Shown: positions 34,888 to 47,109, counted from the first letter of the stretch. The stretch is DNA of 61,383 nucleotides from Chiloscyllium plagiosum (GCF_004010195.1 NC_057719.1:13624151-13685533), one strand, 5' to 3'. Notes: generated by a model from the sequence alone, not told the origin. A program made the numbers and translations.

Positions 34888-35398
34888 CAACAAGAGGAAA
34901 CATGGATCGGGTGAATAGTCAAGGCCTTTTCCCTGGGTGGGGAAGTCCAAATCTAGAAGTCTAAAGTTTAAGGTGAGAGGAGAAAGGTATGAAAGGGATC
35001 TAAAGGGCAACTTTTTCACACAAAGGGTGATGCATGTATGGAACTTGTCCATGCTGACCAGATATCCTAAATTAACCTAGTCGCATTTGCCAACACTTGG
35101 CCCATATCCCTCTAAACCCATCCAGATCGCTTTTAAATGTTGTAATTGTACCAGCCTCCACCATTTCCTCTGGCAGCTCATTCTATACATGCACCACCCT
35201 CTGTGTGAAAAAGATGACCCTCAGATCCCTTTTAAATCTTTTAAATCTTCAAAGTCTTTGAAGACAGAGATGATGCTCAATGGTTCGCATCCTAAACCTA
35301 TGCCCTCTCGTTCTGGACTCCCTTCCCCAGGGAAAACAGAACATGGGTAATCACTCTACCCATGCTCCTCATTATTTTATAAAACTCCGTAAGGTCAA
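34888..35398. mobile_element. Two CR1 3' fragments joined in opposite orientation (+ 34888-35043; - 35044-35398)
   Basis: gggcaactttttcacacaaagggtg on plus and caccctctgtgtgaaaaagatgaccc on minus. Confidence 0.8.
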
Positions 35399-36089
35399 CA
35401 GGTCTACCTGTTTCCCTCTTCACTGACACTCCCTGATCTTTCCTGTCATTGGGGACTCCTATCCCTTAGGGCACAATTAGCCAATAGTTTTTCTAAGTAT
35501 GGAAGCAAGTGCGTTAAGTGGTGACAAACACGACACCACTGCTCCCATCATCTGAGTTAAGGTCGATGGTCCAGGGACGACAGAATATTTCTTATTTGCT
35601 TGTCGTGGGGTGGAAGTTTCAGGGACAGGGAGGTCATTGAGGCCAGAGGCAAGACATGCGGACACCCTTCCGCGGACAATCCAATAACACCCCATTCTTC
35701 CAGTTGCCCTGAGATTACGAGGTCACCCCTCTCCCTCCACCCCCAACCCAACAGGCAGGTTGCCATGGCTTCCCACTGGGGAAACAAGTCACCGGTCCTG
35801 TTTGCTGGAGAGGAAAGGGATGAGTTGAGGCCATCGAGTGGCCATCCATTGACCACTTCAGGGTCTTAATTCCCAGGAAGTCAAGAAAGTCCTGACAAGA
35901 CCTTCTTGTCCAGTATTTAATTGGCAAGTTGGAAGTGAGATTCTCTCCAGCACCAACTCGCCTCATTATTGCCACTTCGCTTGGCATCGCCATTATTTTA
36001 ATAGCACCTGCTTCAGTTAGGTGACAACTAAGTCAATCAAATCCTCGTCTCAGTGATTCAGGCCTCATGAAGTTTAAGGTAATCTCTTG

Positions 36090-36296
36090 TTCATAGAATC
36101 CTTACAGTGTGGAAGCAGGCCATTCGGCCCAATGAGTCCTCCAAAGAGCACATCTTTGGACTGTGGGAGGAAACCACAGCACCTGGGGGGAAACCTGTGC
36201 AGACACAGGGAGAATGTGCAAACTCCACACAGACAGTCGCCTGGGTCCCTGCTGCTGTGAGGCAGCAGTGGTAATCACTGAGCCACTGTGCCGCCT
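36090..36296 (-). mobile_element. HE1-like SINE, internally deleted
   Basis: gctgtgaggcagcagtggtaatcactgagccactgtgccgcc. Confidence 0.85.
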
Positions 36297-37834
36297 GAAT
36301 ATGTCTGTAGCTTGTAGTGTCAGTGTGTAATGCTTAAGCTCCCTTTTCTAATTATTATGCTCAGAAGTGTGCCATTCATGTTTGAGCGAAACAAAACCAA
36401 TTGGGTTGTCAGATGGGGATGCAAATCTCTCACTGCCAGTTTCTGGAAACAAAACCTTTCAGGGTGACAGCTATGTGTCATCATTACAGAAAGGGCTGAT
36501 GGTTCAGAGATATAATGGATAAAATCAGCCTGCCCTAGCATGCAGCTCAATAGGATTAAACAGGAATTATAAAATTTAAAAGCAAACATTTGTTTCGCAT
36601 ACTCCAGGTAAGGCAATCCATGTTTTAAGTAGTTACCCTGGAGACCCAGGCAGAAACGATGCTCAGCATTTCGGAAACAAAATGGGAGAAAGAGCCAAGG
36701 GCTGCATAAATGTATCTACTTCAGGCTGGGCCTTATTGCCAATTAAACTCTTTCAGGAAAGGCTACAAAAGCATTATTACCCCAAATGTAGTCTGTTCAG
36801 TTTGTGGTCATCCTGAAGCTAACTTTTAACTAGCTTCCCAACCACTTTACTCACTCCAGGATACCAGGCGGTGAGCAGTGTATTCCCACACTTCAGACTA
36901 AATGCCTTTCAGCCACTGAGAAATACTTTATCTTATAACTTCAGTCTTTTTCTTTCATTCCATGATAACATTTTGCAGTATTTCCCCTGCTGATGTCATT
37001 GCCCCAATACGTTCAGGGCACTGAAGAACTCTTAATGTTATTCTTTTCAACCTCTTATCGTGACTCGTAAACACCCACTTTTGAAATGAAGGCTTACTTC
37101 AAACATTTCAACGATAAGTTGTTTAATGAAAGGTGCTCGGCAAATCTAGCTTTTTCAGAAAGCCTTAATTTGGCAAGGTACTATGGAGGAAACTACAGAA
37201 AAGATTAAAGGATTAGAGGAACGGTAGCAACTTGAATTTAAAATGTGTTTGAGGGGAGGAAACAGGTGTGGAATTAAGGGGCAGTTTCCCATATTTCTTG
37301 AAAGCATGTAGAAAAATCCCACAGTGCTGCATTTTGAGGTTGCTTTGAACTGGTGGGTTCATCAATGCGTTGTACTTAGGACCCAGTAAAAAGGTGACTA
37401 AATCTCTACGCACAAGCTGGAGGAACAATAAATAATGAGGAGGAGCAATAACAATTGCAAAGTTGAATTGATAAGGTGGTGGAATGGGCAGAGAATAATA
37501 GATGCAATTTGGTATTAGCAAATATGAGGTGGTTGATCTTGGTGTGTGTTAAGTAAAAGTAGTAATTATACTTTGAACGAGGGAAAGTTGGATGATGTGG
37601 AACAATATCAAGAGTTGAAGATTTGGATTCAGAGGACATTTAAAGTAGCACCTTCTTTGGAGATCTTCCAAAGTAAAAGTTAAGGGTATACTAGGTTTTA
37701 AGGCAAGTGATATAGAATATTAAAAATCTAAAAACCTTAGCAAGAACGCAGTTGAAAAATAGGGGCTCACTTATTTTAGATAGAAAGAGTTTTTTTTCTC
37801 ACAGAAGATTATGATGGTTTGGCACTCATGCAAA

Positions 37835-38158
37835 ATAGAATCCCTGCAGTGTGGGAGCAGGCCATTCAGCCCAAAACGTTCACAGCAACCCCCTGAACAG
37901 CATCCCACTCAATCCCATTTCCCATGGCTAGTCCACCTAACCTACACATCCCTGGACACTATGGGTAATTTACCGTGGTCAATCCACCCAACCTGCACAT
38001 CTTTGGACTGTGGGAGGAAACCAGAGCACTCAGAGGAAACCCATGCAGACACGGAGAAAAGGTGCAAACTTCACACAGACAGTCTCCCAAGGCTGGAATC
38101 AAACCCGTGTCCCTGGTACTGTAAGTAGCAGTGCTAACCACTGAGCCACCTTGCCACC
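37835..38158 (-). mobile_element. HE1-like SINE, flanked by decayed CR1 pieces (about 37400-37835 + and 38170-38750 -)
   Basis: gcagtgctaaccactgagccacc head; ctttggactgtgggaggaaacc core. Confidence 0.85.
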
Positions 38159-39217
38159 TTCTTCAGCAGTGTTAGACCACTTGGCCCTTCAAGCTTGCTC
38201 TGCCAGATCACTGCTGACCAGTTTGTGATCCAAATTTCCATCTATCCCTAAAAACCTTCAATTCCCCTAGCCTAACAAGAATGTATCTGCCTGCACCTGA
38301 AAAATAGTCAATGGCTCAGCTTGCAGTGTGTTCTGAGGTAGAAAAGTCACACAACCTTCTGAGAAAGAAAATCTCTCTTACAGGGCGATGCCTAACTTTG
38401 AAACAGTATCCCTAGACTCAGCCACCAGGGGAAACACCCTTTCCAAATCCAACTGGTCAAGACCATTCCGGATCTGAAATTCTTCAGTTAAATTACCTCC
38501 CTCCCCCTCTGCACTTTTCTGAACTCTGGTGGAAAAAAAGCCCAGTCTGTCCAATCTAGTCTGATAAGACAACTCACTCATTCAAAATATCAATCTAGTA
38601 AACCTCCTCTGAACCTCACATTGACATCCTCCCTTTCATAAAGAGACCAAAAACTATGCATTTTATTTGAGATATGGTCTCACCAATGTCTGTGTAAATG
38701 AAGTTAACATCTTTACTTTTTTGTTCAATTCCTCTAAAAAAAAGCATCCCATAGTTCATTCCTCAAAATGTGATGGAAGCAGCGTCTTTATATCAAGAAT
38801 CTTGCAAATGGAAATATTCAAGGGGGGTGACATAATGTCATGAAAGTGCAGAAATTTGGATTCCACACAACAGTAATACTATTGTAGGAACAGAGAGGAT
38901 AAGTTGCAGAGGTCTCTTCTCTGGAGCATACTTTGCTTGATCTGCAAAATAAAATTGCATGTTTTGCTTAACGACCTCTAAGATATGACTTGCCGCCCAA
39001 TCCATTATAAATGTTTGGCTTCCCTTTCTCATTGAATGTCTGGTGCCTTTTTTAAAATTGAAGAAGAATACAAGGCTTGTTGTTACCTCATTTTACTTGC
39101 TTTGCTTTGCTTTCTGTTTCATTTCTTTCTTTCGCTTCAGATTTAATTTGTTTTTCATTATTGCAACTCCTTTACCGAGTTTTGACCACTTTGGCTCTAT
39201 TCCTTTAGGAATCTAGA

Positions 39218-39569
39218 TTCCTAGTATTCTAGACAGGGAACACAGGGGGCTAACACCTTCAACATCTTATCTGGCTGACATCAATTGTTACAGTTAGCCT
39301 GAGAATGTAACTTTTTTAAAAATGTTTTGTGATTTACATATGAAAGAAGTGAAACTATCATGTTCATTCCAATAGATGAGAGACTCAACAAACAATCAAG
39401 GTATTTTTCAATGTATAATTTCAGTTACATCATACTGTAAACTTTTGCTATAAATTCTGTGTCTTACAATAGTGTCCTCCACAACAGCCTGATGAAGGAG
39501 CGGCGCTCTGAAAGCTAATGCTTCCAATTAAACCTGTTGGACTATAATCTGGTGTTATGTGATTTTTAA
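39218..39569 (+). mobile_element. Penelope-like 3' fragment (family 2), 15-bp TSD, hammerhead motif at 39486-39520
   Basis: ctttaggaatctaga at 39203-39217 and 39570-39584; CUGAUGA-A-GGAGC(GGC)GCUCU-GAAA-GC-UA. Confidence 0.85.
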
Positions 39570-40049
39570 CTTTAGGAATCTAGACATGTAAAACTGGGCT
39601 TGAACCTCTCGATGGTGTTTGTGCTAAATAAGGCATGATGATATCACATAGGTTTTCCTCTCTTCTGCAGCCTCATTGGAGAGTCAAAATGGCAGAACCA
39701 ACTGACCTCTGCACACAGGTTAGCTGCCTCAGTTTAGCAAAGTGCATTTTTGAATTTTAGAAGCTTTAAGGAGGGCTCTGTATTTAAACTGAGAATAATG
39801 TTTGACTTCTTAAAAATTGTTCATTTTGTAACTTCTAATTTTTAACTTCTAAATAGGAAAGCAAGCTGTCATGCGTTTTAATAAAAAAACAAAGTGAGAC
39901 AGGGCTTCTGGCTTGACAGAATAGACATTTTAAGTCAAAGGCCTTTTGATTTTTTAATCTGGAGATCTGTATTTATTGAAATTGGTGCATTGGTTTTTTT
40001 TGAATGCTTTGATGTCTAGGGCAGTTTGATCTTCAGTGATGATCATTAT

Positions 40050-40450
40050 GATCTGCCATCATGATATGGGATTCTGCCTCCAGCAGACCATACGTACTTG
40101 TTGAAGTGATATTTATGTTCGCTCCAGCAACAACAACAAGAAAACCAGACATGGGTAACACAGTACTGCAAGATTCAATAAATGTTTATTACAACTCCTG
40201 GTGTATACATATATTACAGTCACGGGCACTTCAGTGTCCAGGTTAGTTCTAAGCTAACCAGTTGGAAACATAAGAAGCACAATTCCATCAACTTGCCATG
40301 CTTCAAGTGGCCCCAGTTATGATGGAGATTGAAATCATTATACCTCAGGTCACATGTGATGATACAGTCATGAAAGACGGACTGCGTTCTGTGAAATAGA
40401 ACAAAACAGACTCTTGACTCGACAAAGACCAATGAAGGATCTTTCCAGCA
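40050..40450 (+). pseudogene. Possible decayed Gypsy integrase C-terminal remnant
   Basis: LRSHVMIQS*KTDCVL*NRT resembles PRSYxVxTxDGxVLRRNR. Confidence 0.3.
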
Positions 40451-40577
40451 ACAAGACCACCATAGATGAAGGCCGCTACTTGACCCTAATGCTAACCCTC
40501 TTCCCCTTACTGGGTTCTCAGTGACTGACCCCAGCTATGCTGCCTCACTTATCTTTCCTCTGTGGTTCCCACAATGA

Positions 40578-40758
40578 TTCTGGATCAGTGGTGCTGGAAG
40601 AGCACAGCAATTCAGGCAGCATCCGAGGACAGGCAAAATCGATGTTTCGGGCAAAAGCCCTTCATCAGGCTCGGATGCTGCCTGAATTGCTGTGCTCTTC
40701 CAGCACCACTGATCCAGAATCTGGTTTCCAGCATCTGCAGTCATTGTTTTTACCTCGT
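40578..40758. mobile_element. Fold-back Penelope-like insert (family 1), perfect 15-bp TSD
   Basis: tggttcccacaatga at 40563-40577 and 40759-40773. The ~50-bp arms enclose a minus-strand hammerhead motif (40638-40669) in the loop. Confidence 0.92.
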
Positions 40759-40794
40759 TGGTTCCCACAATGAACTGGGTGGCCCTACACATAA

Positions 40795-40895
40795 GATCCT
40801 GCTCCACAGTTACCTGATGAAAGAGCAGTGCTCCGAAAGCTAATACTTTCAACTACACCTGTTGGACTATAAGCTGGTGTTGTATGATTTTTAAC
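40795..40895 (+). mobile_element. Penelope-like terminus (family 2) with hammerhead motif
   Basis: cctgatgaaagagcagtgctccgaaagctaatac...ctgttggactataagctggtgttgtatgatttttaac. Confidence 0.82.
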
Positions 40896-42129
40896 ATAGT
40901 CTTTTTAATCTTCCCTCGTAGCCAATGTCCATTATATAGGCAACAGGTACTGACTGCCCTGTGTATTTGCAGTATGTCTCATCAAACAGTTTATTTCTAT
41001 TATTTCTGGTCTGGAGCAATAGGGTATAAGAATAAACACAAACAGTTTCAGATGTGTAGTGGGAAAACTATTTTTTCACAGAGGAGTGTGAGAGGGTTGA
41101 ATGTGTCATGGGTATTATTGATTGAAACAGAGACCACGAAATGGAATTTCAGCAAAGTTTCTCTTGTTCTGCCACAGTATCTCCCAGAGATATTTTGCAA
41201 TGGAAAACCTGGTTATGCCTGATGAAATTTTGTTGACCTCCCGATTCTCCTTTCAATGATTGACTCAACTTATTTCTCCAATTCTCATAGGGGGTCAACC
41301 TTAAAAACGAGTAAATGCTGAGGAAGAACTTCACAAAACAAAACAAAAAGTCAGCAACAAGAAAGTGCAGCTTTGAACTGTGAAAATAAAAAAGTTGCCC
41401 AGGCTATAGGAGTGAGCAGACACAACTCCCTCCCTTTCTCATTTTTGAGGAAATATTATGGAGACATGAAAAGGAAATCCAGAAATAAGATGAAAAAATT
41501 ATGATATCTTCATAAAACGATGTTGAGGTTTGATGCATTGCTGCTAAGGAATGTGGTAGGAGATAGAATCAGGGGATGGATAATATTCTCTGTTGCCACA
41601 ACTAGGTGTTCCAAAAATTTTGTTTCCTGTTTCCAGGTTTAAGAACACCCGGAAGGAATTGCAGGTTATGGCGGAGTTGGGAATGCAGGATTCTTTAGAA
41701 TGTGGGCGTCACTGGCTAGGCCAGCACTTATTGCCCATCTGCCATTACTCAGTGCGTAGTTAAGAGCCAACCACATTGCAGTGGGTTTGGAATCACATGT
41801 AGGCCTGACTAGTAAGGATGGCACCTTCCTTCTTTTAAGGACATTAGTGAATCAGATGGGTTTTCTCCGCCCCCCCCCCCAAAAAAAAATCAACTCACAG
41901 TCATCATTAGACTCTTTTGCTCAGAGATTGAACTCCTATCCCAACCTCTACTATAGTGGGATTCGAACTTGAATGTTACCTGGGCTCTCATTAACAAGCT
42001 AACAGTAAGACTGCCAAGCCACCACCTTCCCACAGTAGCACAGAAAGGTCAATCATGATCATGTTGAATGATCAAGTAGGATTGAAGGGCTGAATGACCT
42101 ACTGCTGCACATTATTTGTATCTTTGAAT

Positions 42130-44200
42130 GTATCTCTTCGTGGTTGCAGGAAAAAATCTGGGGAGCAGAAGGGGAAGGATCCAGCTGTGCAATCCACATT
42201 GGAACCAAAGATACAGAAAGAATCAGGAGTGGAGCATTTCAGAGAGAGATTGGTGATTTGGGTTGAAACTAAAATATAGAATCTCAAAGGCTATAATATC
42301 TGGATTGGTTCCTTACCTCTGCACAAACCTGTTCAGGAGCAAAGAGATTAGAATGTTAAATGTACAGTGAAGTGTGAGAGGCAGTGGTTTTAATTCGTGG
42401 GGCACACATAATAGGTTGTTGTGAACAAAGGAGTTGTTTCATTTGGACGTGTGGCTTATAAAATGGACTGTGACCAGCTTTCTGGCAAATACCCAGGATG
42501 TTAGTCAGAGCTGCGGAAGTGGCAGTGAAGAGGACGTGATTGGTTAGAAGGATTCAGGAAAGGACAATTCAAAACAGAATGACAACTATCAAGGCTGGGG
42601 AGCAAAGTAATGGTTTCGCTAAAAATGAGAAGCCTGGCTCAGAAAGAGAGAGACGTTTAACAAAGATTTTGAGGAACAGAGATGAAAAGCACATTGGAGA
42701 ATACAGACAAAATATTTATACTAAATACACTATATTTAAACGTGTAGAGTGTTTACAAAAAGTCGTTGACTTAACAGCACAAGTAAAGATAAATGGGTTG
42801 ACTTAATTGTAATTACACAGATATAGTTGCAAAGTGACAAATTAACCAAAACAAATCCAAGAACCGCAGATGCTGAAAATCTGAAACAAAAAACAGAAAT
42901 AGCTGGAAAAACCCAGTGGATGTGAAAGTACCTGTGAGAGACCATTTCGAGTTTAGTAACCCTTCTTTATAATTGAAGAAGGTTCACTGGACTCAAAATT
43001 TTCTCTCTGCTTTCTCTCTATGGGAGCTGACAGACCAGCTGATTTCTCCAGCAATTTCTGTTTTTGTGACAAAGTGACCAAACGTGTCCACTTGCTTTTT
43101 TACAGGAGAAGGATTAGGGAAGAGTCAGGTAATAAACCTGACAATAAAGGATGGGATAAATATAATGGAAAGGAAGCATCTTAGCTCAGAAAATCAAGAT
43201 CTCGAATCAGATGGCTGGTGCTAATGAATACCAAAGAGATACCAAACATTGATCAGAATAATTCACAGGGGTCTGTCAGAAGTTGTTTGCGTCCAGCTGT
43301 GGGAGGCGATAGCCTAGTGATATTATTGCTGGACTGTTAACCCAAAGACTCAGGTAATGTTCTGGGGAACTGGGTTTGAATCGTGCCGCAGCAGATGGTG
43401 GAATCTGAATTCAGTAAAACAAAAAAATCTGGAATTAAGAATCTAATGATGACCATGAATCCATTATTGATTGCCTGGAAAATGCATCTGATTCACTAAT
43501 GCCTTTGAGGGAAGGAAACAGCCATCCTTACCTGCTCTGGCCTACATGTGACTCCAGACCGACAGTAATGTGATTGGCTCTTAACTGTTAGGGATGGGAA
43601 ATAAATGCTGCCTAGACAATGATGTCTGAATTTAAAGAACCAACTGTGCCAGGCAGAGTAGGAGTCCTGAAGTTAGATGAGCATGTAATAAGGGTTGATG
43701 ATAATCAAATCATGAGGAACTTGATCTTCATATGGACTTGGTAACTGACATTGACAGTAGTACTTTAGAGGATCAGTTCAGAGATAGTATTCAAGGTAGT
43801 TTTCGAGGTTAATATGGTGAGCAACCAATTATATTAAACCTAACATTGCACAATGAGAAAGCATTAAATAATAATCTTACATTAAATGTACCTGTGCGGA
43901 GGAGTGACTGTGATGGAAGCTGAACCAAGCAAACTATATATGTAATAATCTAGATTGGGAAACTAAATTAAAAGGTAGAAAGATGGATAAGCAAAAAGGA
44001 ATGGTTCAATAATGAGTTCATCATCTGCAACAACTTTACGTTCCCTTAAGGTATAAAACCTCTCAGCAATAATCATCCAACCATTGCTAATAAGAGAAGC
44101 TTAAGACAATATTAGAGTGAAAGAAAAGGCTGATAACACTACCAAAACTAAATGCAAGTCTAAGGATTGGGAGGGTTTTGGAATTTAGTGCAATTTTCAA
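42130..44200 (+). mobile_element. Old, heavily decayed CR1 (ORF1 end to early ORF2) hosting a family 4 fold-back insert (about 42845-43068) and a SINE (43300-43630)
   Basis: atccacattggaaccaaagat (IHIGTxD esterase motif); endonuclease-like remnants. The insert is flanked by caaagtgacaaa and caaagtgaccaa. Confidence 0.6.
43300..43630 (+). mobile_element. tRNA-like SINE (second family)
   Basis: gatagcctagtgatatta...gggtttgaatc (A/B-box-like); matches 16295-17130. Confidence 0.78.
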
Positions 44201-44472
44201 TACACTACACCCGTGGGGTCCCCAGTAAATCTGAGATACAGTGGTCTGAACGTTCTTTTTTTTAAACTGAGTCCAAGTCACGTTAAAAATTCTGGAGAGA
44301 TTTTCACTGTGAGGCCTGGCATCAGTGTTTCTTACTAAACCTGCCTCTCCCTTGTGAGCTCTGTTCAATTCTAGCCCCACCTTAACTTGGTCATTGATTT
44401 TGCTAATGTATGGCAAACACAAGCAAAGTGTTTGGGTTTTCCATGAGATTTACACGGCTCACCCTCCAGTGT

Positions 44473-44756
44473 GATAGATTCCAAAGAGTACACTGAGGTT
44501 GCTAACAGCTTCAACTTGCATCGACATTGCACACTGGCCACCAAAGCCCCCTGCAAAGCAACCACCTGCTTTTCAGCTACTTGCAACTTGTCCAGAGCAC
44601 GTTTTGACAATGTTGCCAGGGTCAAAACATGCTCTGGACAAGTTGCAAGTAGCTGAAAAGCAGGTGGTTGCTTTGCAGGGGGCTTTGGTGGCCAGTGTGC
44701 AATGTCGATGCAAGCTGAAGCTGTTAGCAACCTCAGTGTACCCTTTGGAATCTATC
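44473..44756. repeat. Long inverted repeat: 136-bp arms, 12-nt loop, 3 mismatches
   Basis: 44473-44608 is the reverse complement of 44621-44756 except at 44487/44742, 44514/44715 and 44600/44629. Confidence 0.98.
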
Positions 44757-45311
44757 GGCAGTCACCTTGCTAAGCCAACAGCTTGAAGAGTTTTATGACT
44801 TTATCACATAGCACAGTTGACCAGAAACTCAAGCTTCAATTCTGGAAGAATGGCACCTCATTTTCCAGTTGAGGACCCTGCAATCTTCTGGACTCAATAT
44901 CAAGTTCAACAACTTGAGGTCTTGAGCCCTCCCATGTCCTTACTCCCACCGCCCACACACAAGCCTTGTTATCACATCATCTCATTTGCTTCTTGCATTG
45001 TGTGCCTCGGGATAGTTTCCTTTGTATTACTTTACTCTTCACAGGCAAATCAAAATTGGCTGTTCATGGATTTTTTTTGTTGAATTGCAATCATTTTGAG
45101 CAGGTGTGACTTCCAGCTGTTCACCCTCAGAGTGGAGAAGTAAGATAATTTACCTCGTATACAGGATTATGAAACATCGCATCATGCCTTTGGAAGGAAA
45201 TGGTCATGTTTGGCAAAGTGCCAAATACAGCTATGATTCTAAATGCACATCAAAAATGTGACAGATTGAAAGTAGCAAATGCCATATTGATCAGCAACAA
45301 CAAAACATTTT

Positions 45312-45623
45312 TTTTTCTTTTGGTTTTCTTTTTTTCTTTTTTTGTGTGCAGGTGTGAGACACAATGAAAGACAACAGATGCACAAGTCTTTATTCAAGTC
45401 TCACCACCAGGAAGAAAAGAAAGCACCCAAGTGGCCAGTGACAAGCAGTGCCCTTCACATCAAAGGGCAATGCTGTGTGATCAAACAGTGAAGGGGAGGG
45501 CAGGGACTAAATCAAAATAGAGTTGGAGGGGGAAATAATACACTCCACTCCCCGTGGCACCCACCTCTCCCTGAATAGCTCAAGGGTGTTGGTGGACACC
45601 TTGTGCTCCTTCTCCAGAGACAC
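45312..45623 (-). mobile_element. Tx1/L1-clade LINE 3' fragment with poly(A) tail and TSD
   Basis: Minus translation VSLEKEHKVSTNTLELFRERWVPRGVECIISPSNSILI*; AATAAA (tttatt near 45390); T-rich tail; caaaacatttt at 45301-45311 and 45624-45634. Confidence 0.82.
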
Positions 45624-45972
45624 CAAAACATTTTATTCTAATGAAATGTCTCCATGATGATAAAAAGTTAATTAATACTTCTAGGCTGCATTGTCATACT
45701 GGTGAGGTCCAAGTGAATGTGTTCACTCTGTGTCCAACACTAGCTCATTGGGTTCCTAACTCTCCACCTTAAAACGCTTTCTGCTGCTGAAAGGAAATAA
45801 ATACGTTTCCAAAGGATTATTCCGGAAACCAATGTTGCCTAATTTTCACCATCACCATCGTTGTTGCCAGTGTAAAGTTCTTTAGATGAAACAGATGCAC
45901 TTGAAATTAGAACTGCATATTCTTTTAAACATTAATAGTGGGATTGAGAACTTCACAAGTGTTAGCATAAGG

Positions 45973-46675
45973 TGTTATGAAAGTGTAGGAGTGCACTGTA
46001 CATTTAAGAGAGTGAAGGACTTGGCAAACACACAGTGCTGGAAAATTCTCAATGTAACATTTGGTTCAGAACGGATAGCACTAGCTGAGTTGCTATGAGA
46101 CGAAAAAACAAATTCAAATTCGGCCAATCAGTTTAAATTATACCCCAAAAAATACCAAATTCCAATCAAGTTTGAATTTAGTATATTGACAATCTGAAAA
46201 GCCAATGACACAATTCAATGTTTTGGGGGCATAAGATTGGGGAACATTGAGTTGGGAGGAGAACTGCCAAGTCACCAGCATGTAAAGACTGCCCAGAAAA
46301 TAGCTCTTTTAAAAGGTACCTTTATCAATCAGTAACCCGTGAAGCAGAATCCCTAAGAAGAAGAAAAGAAGACAGGAATTACAGAGAAAAACTGAAAGTG
46401 CAGGACTTTGAGATAAGAAGTTTTGCTTTGTAAATCTTAATCGGGATTTTTATTGGACCAGTGTTGTAGAGGGGAAAATAAAAGATAGGTTAGGGGAAGG
46501 AGTTGTAAATAATTGTTAGGTAACTATTCTCAGTTATACTTTAAGAAATAAAGCTGTTGATTTTTACTTCAAATAGTTCTTGGCCTCTCAAATTTTCACT
46601 GGTAACTGCACGGGATAAATCTTTTCTGTGTTGCTGGTTTAAATTAAGCAGAAGGGTTTACCCTGTGTCGTAACA
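45973..46675 (+). mobile_element. Solo LTR, AAGG target-site duplication
   Basis: tgttatga...tcgtaaca inverted ends; aagg at 45969-45972 and 46676-46679; internal aataaa near 46547. Confidence 0.88.
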
Positions 46676-47045
46676 AAGGGTTAGTGCGAGGATTAGGTTT
46701 AGGGTTAGGGTGAGGGTGAGGGCTAGGGTAAGGGTGAGGGTTAGGGTGAGAGTTAGGGTGAAGGTTAGGGTTAGGGTTTTAGTTAGCGTGAGGGTGAGTG
46801 ATAGAATTAGAGTAATGGTGTAGGTTAGGGTTAGGATGAGGGTGAGGGTTAGGGTTAAGGTTAGAATGAGGGTGATGGTTAGGGTTAGGGTGATGGTGAG
46901 GGTTAGTATTAGAGTTAGGGTTAGGGTGAGGGTGAGGGTTAGGGTTAGCATTAGCATGAGGATGAGGGCTAGGTTTAGGATGATGGTGAGGTTTTGTGTT
47001 GGGATGAGACCTTGGGTTAACGTGATGGTTGAAGAGTTAGGTGAA
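46676..47045 (+). repeat. Degenerate interstitial telomere-like hexamer array (TTAGGG, TGAGGG, TGATGG and other variants)
   Basis: About 60 hexamers in phase, many of them exact TTAGGG. Confidence 0.88.
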
Positions 47046-47109
47046 GAGAGTGATAGAGTTTGACTGGTTGTCTTAACTGAAACATTTTCAATCTCCAGGA
47101 ATTAGAGTC

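Noticed and set aside
34888..35398. Twin-priming inversion of a single CR1
   Set aside because: The two oppositely oriented pieces cover the same part of CR1 and differ in sequence, which fits two copies rather than one inverted insertion.
35560..36010. GC-rich segment possibly a non-autonomous DNA transposon (similar patches near 10500-10910 and 20050-20350)
   Set aside because: No terminal inverted repeats or TSD could be established by eye.
44371..44786. Bidirectional protein-coding gene pair in the palindrome
   Set aside because: Matching peptides on both strands follow automatically from the inverted repeat; starts are non-ATG and no homology is recognised.
46658..47063. LT-repeat and VR-repeat ORFs
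   Set aside because: Translations of the telomere-like hexamer array.
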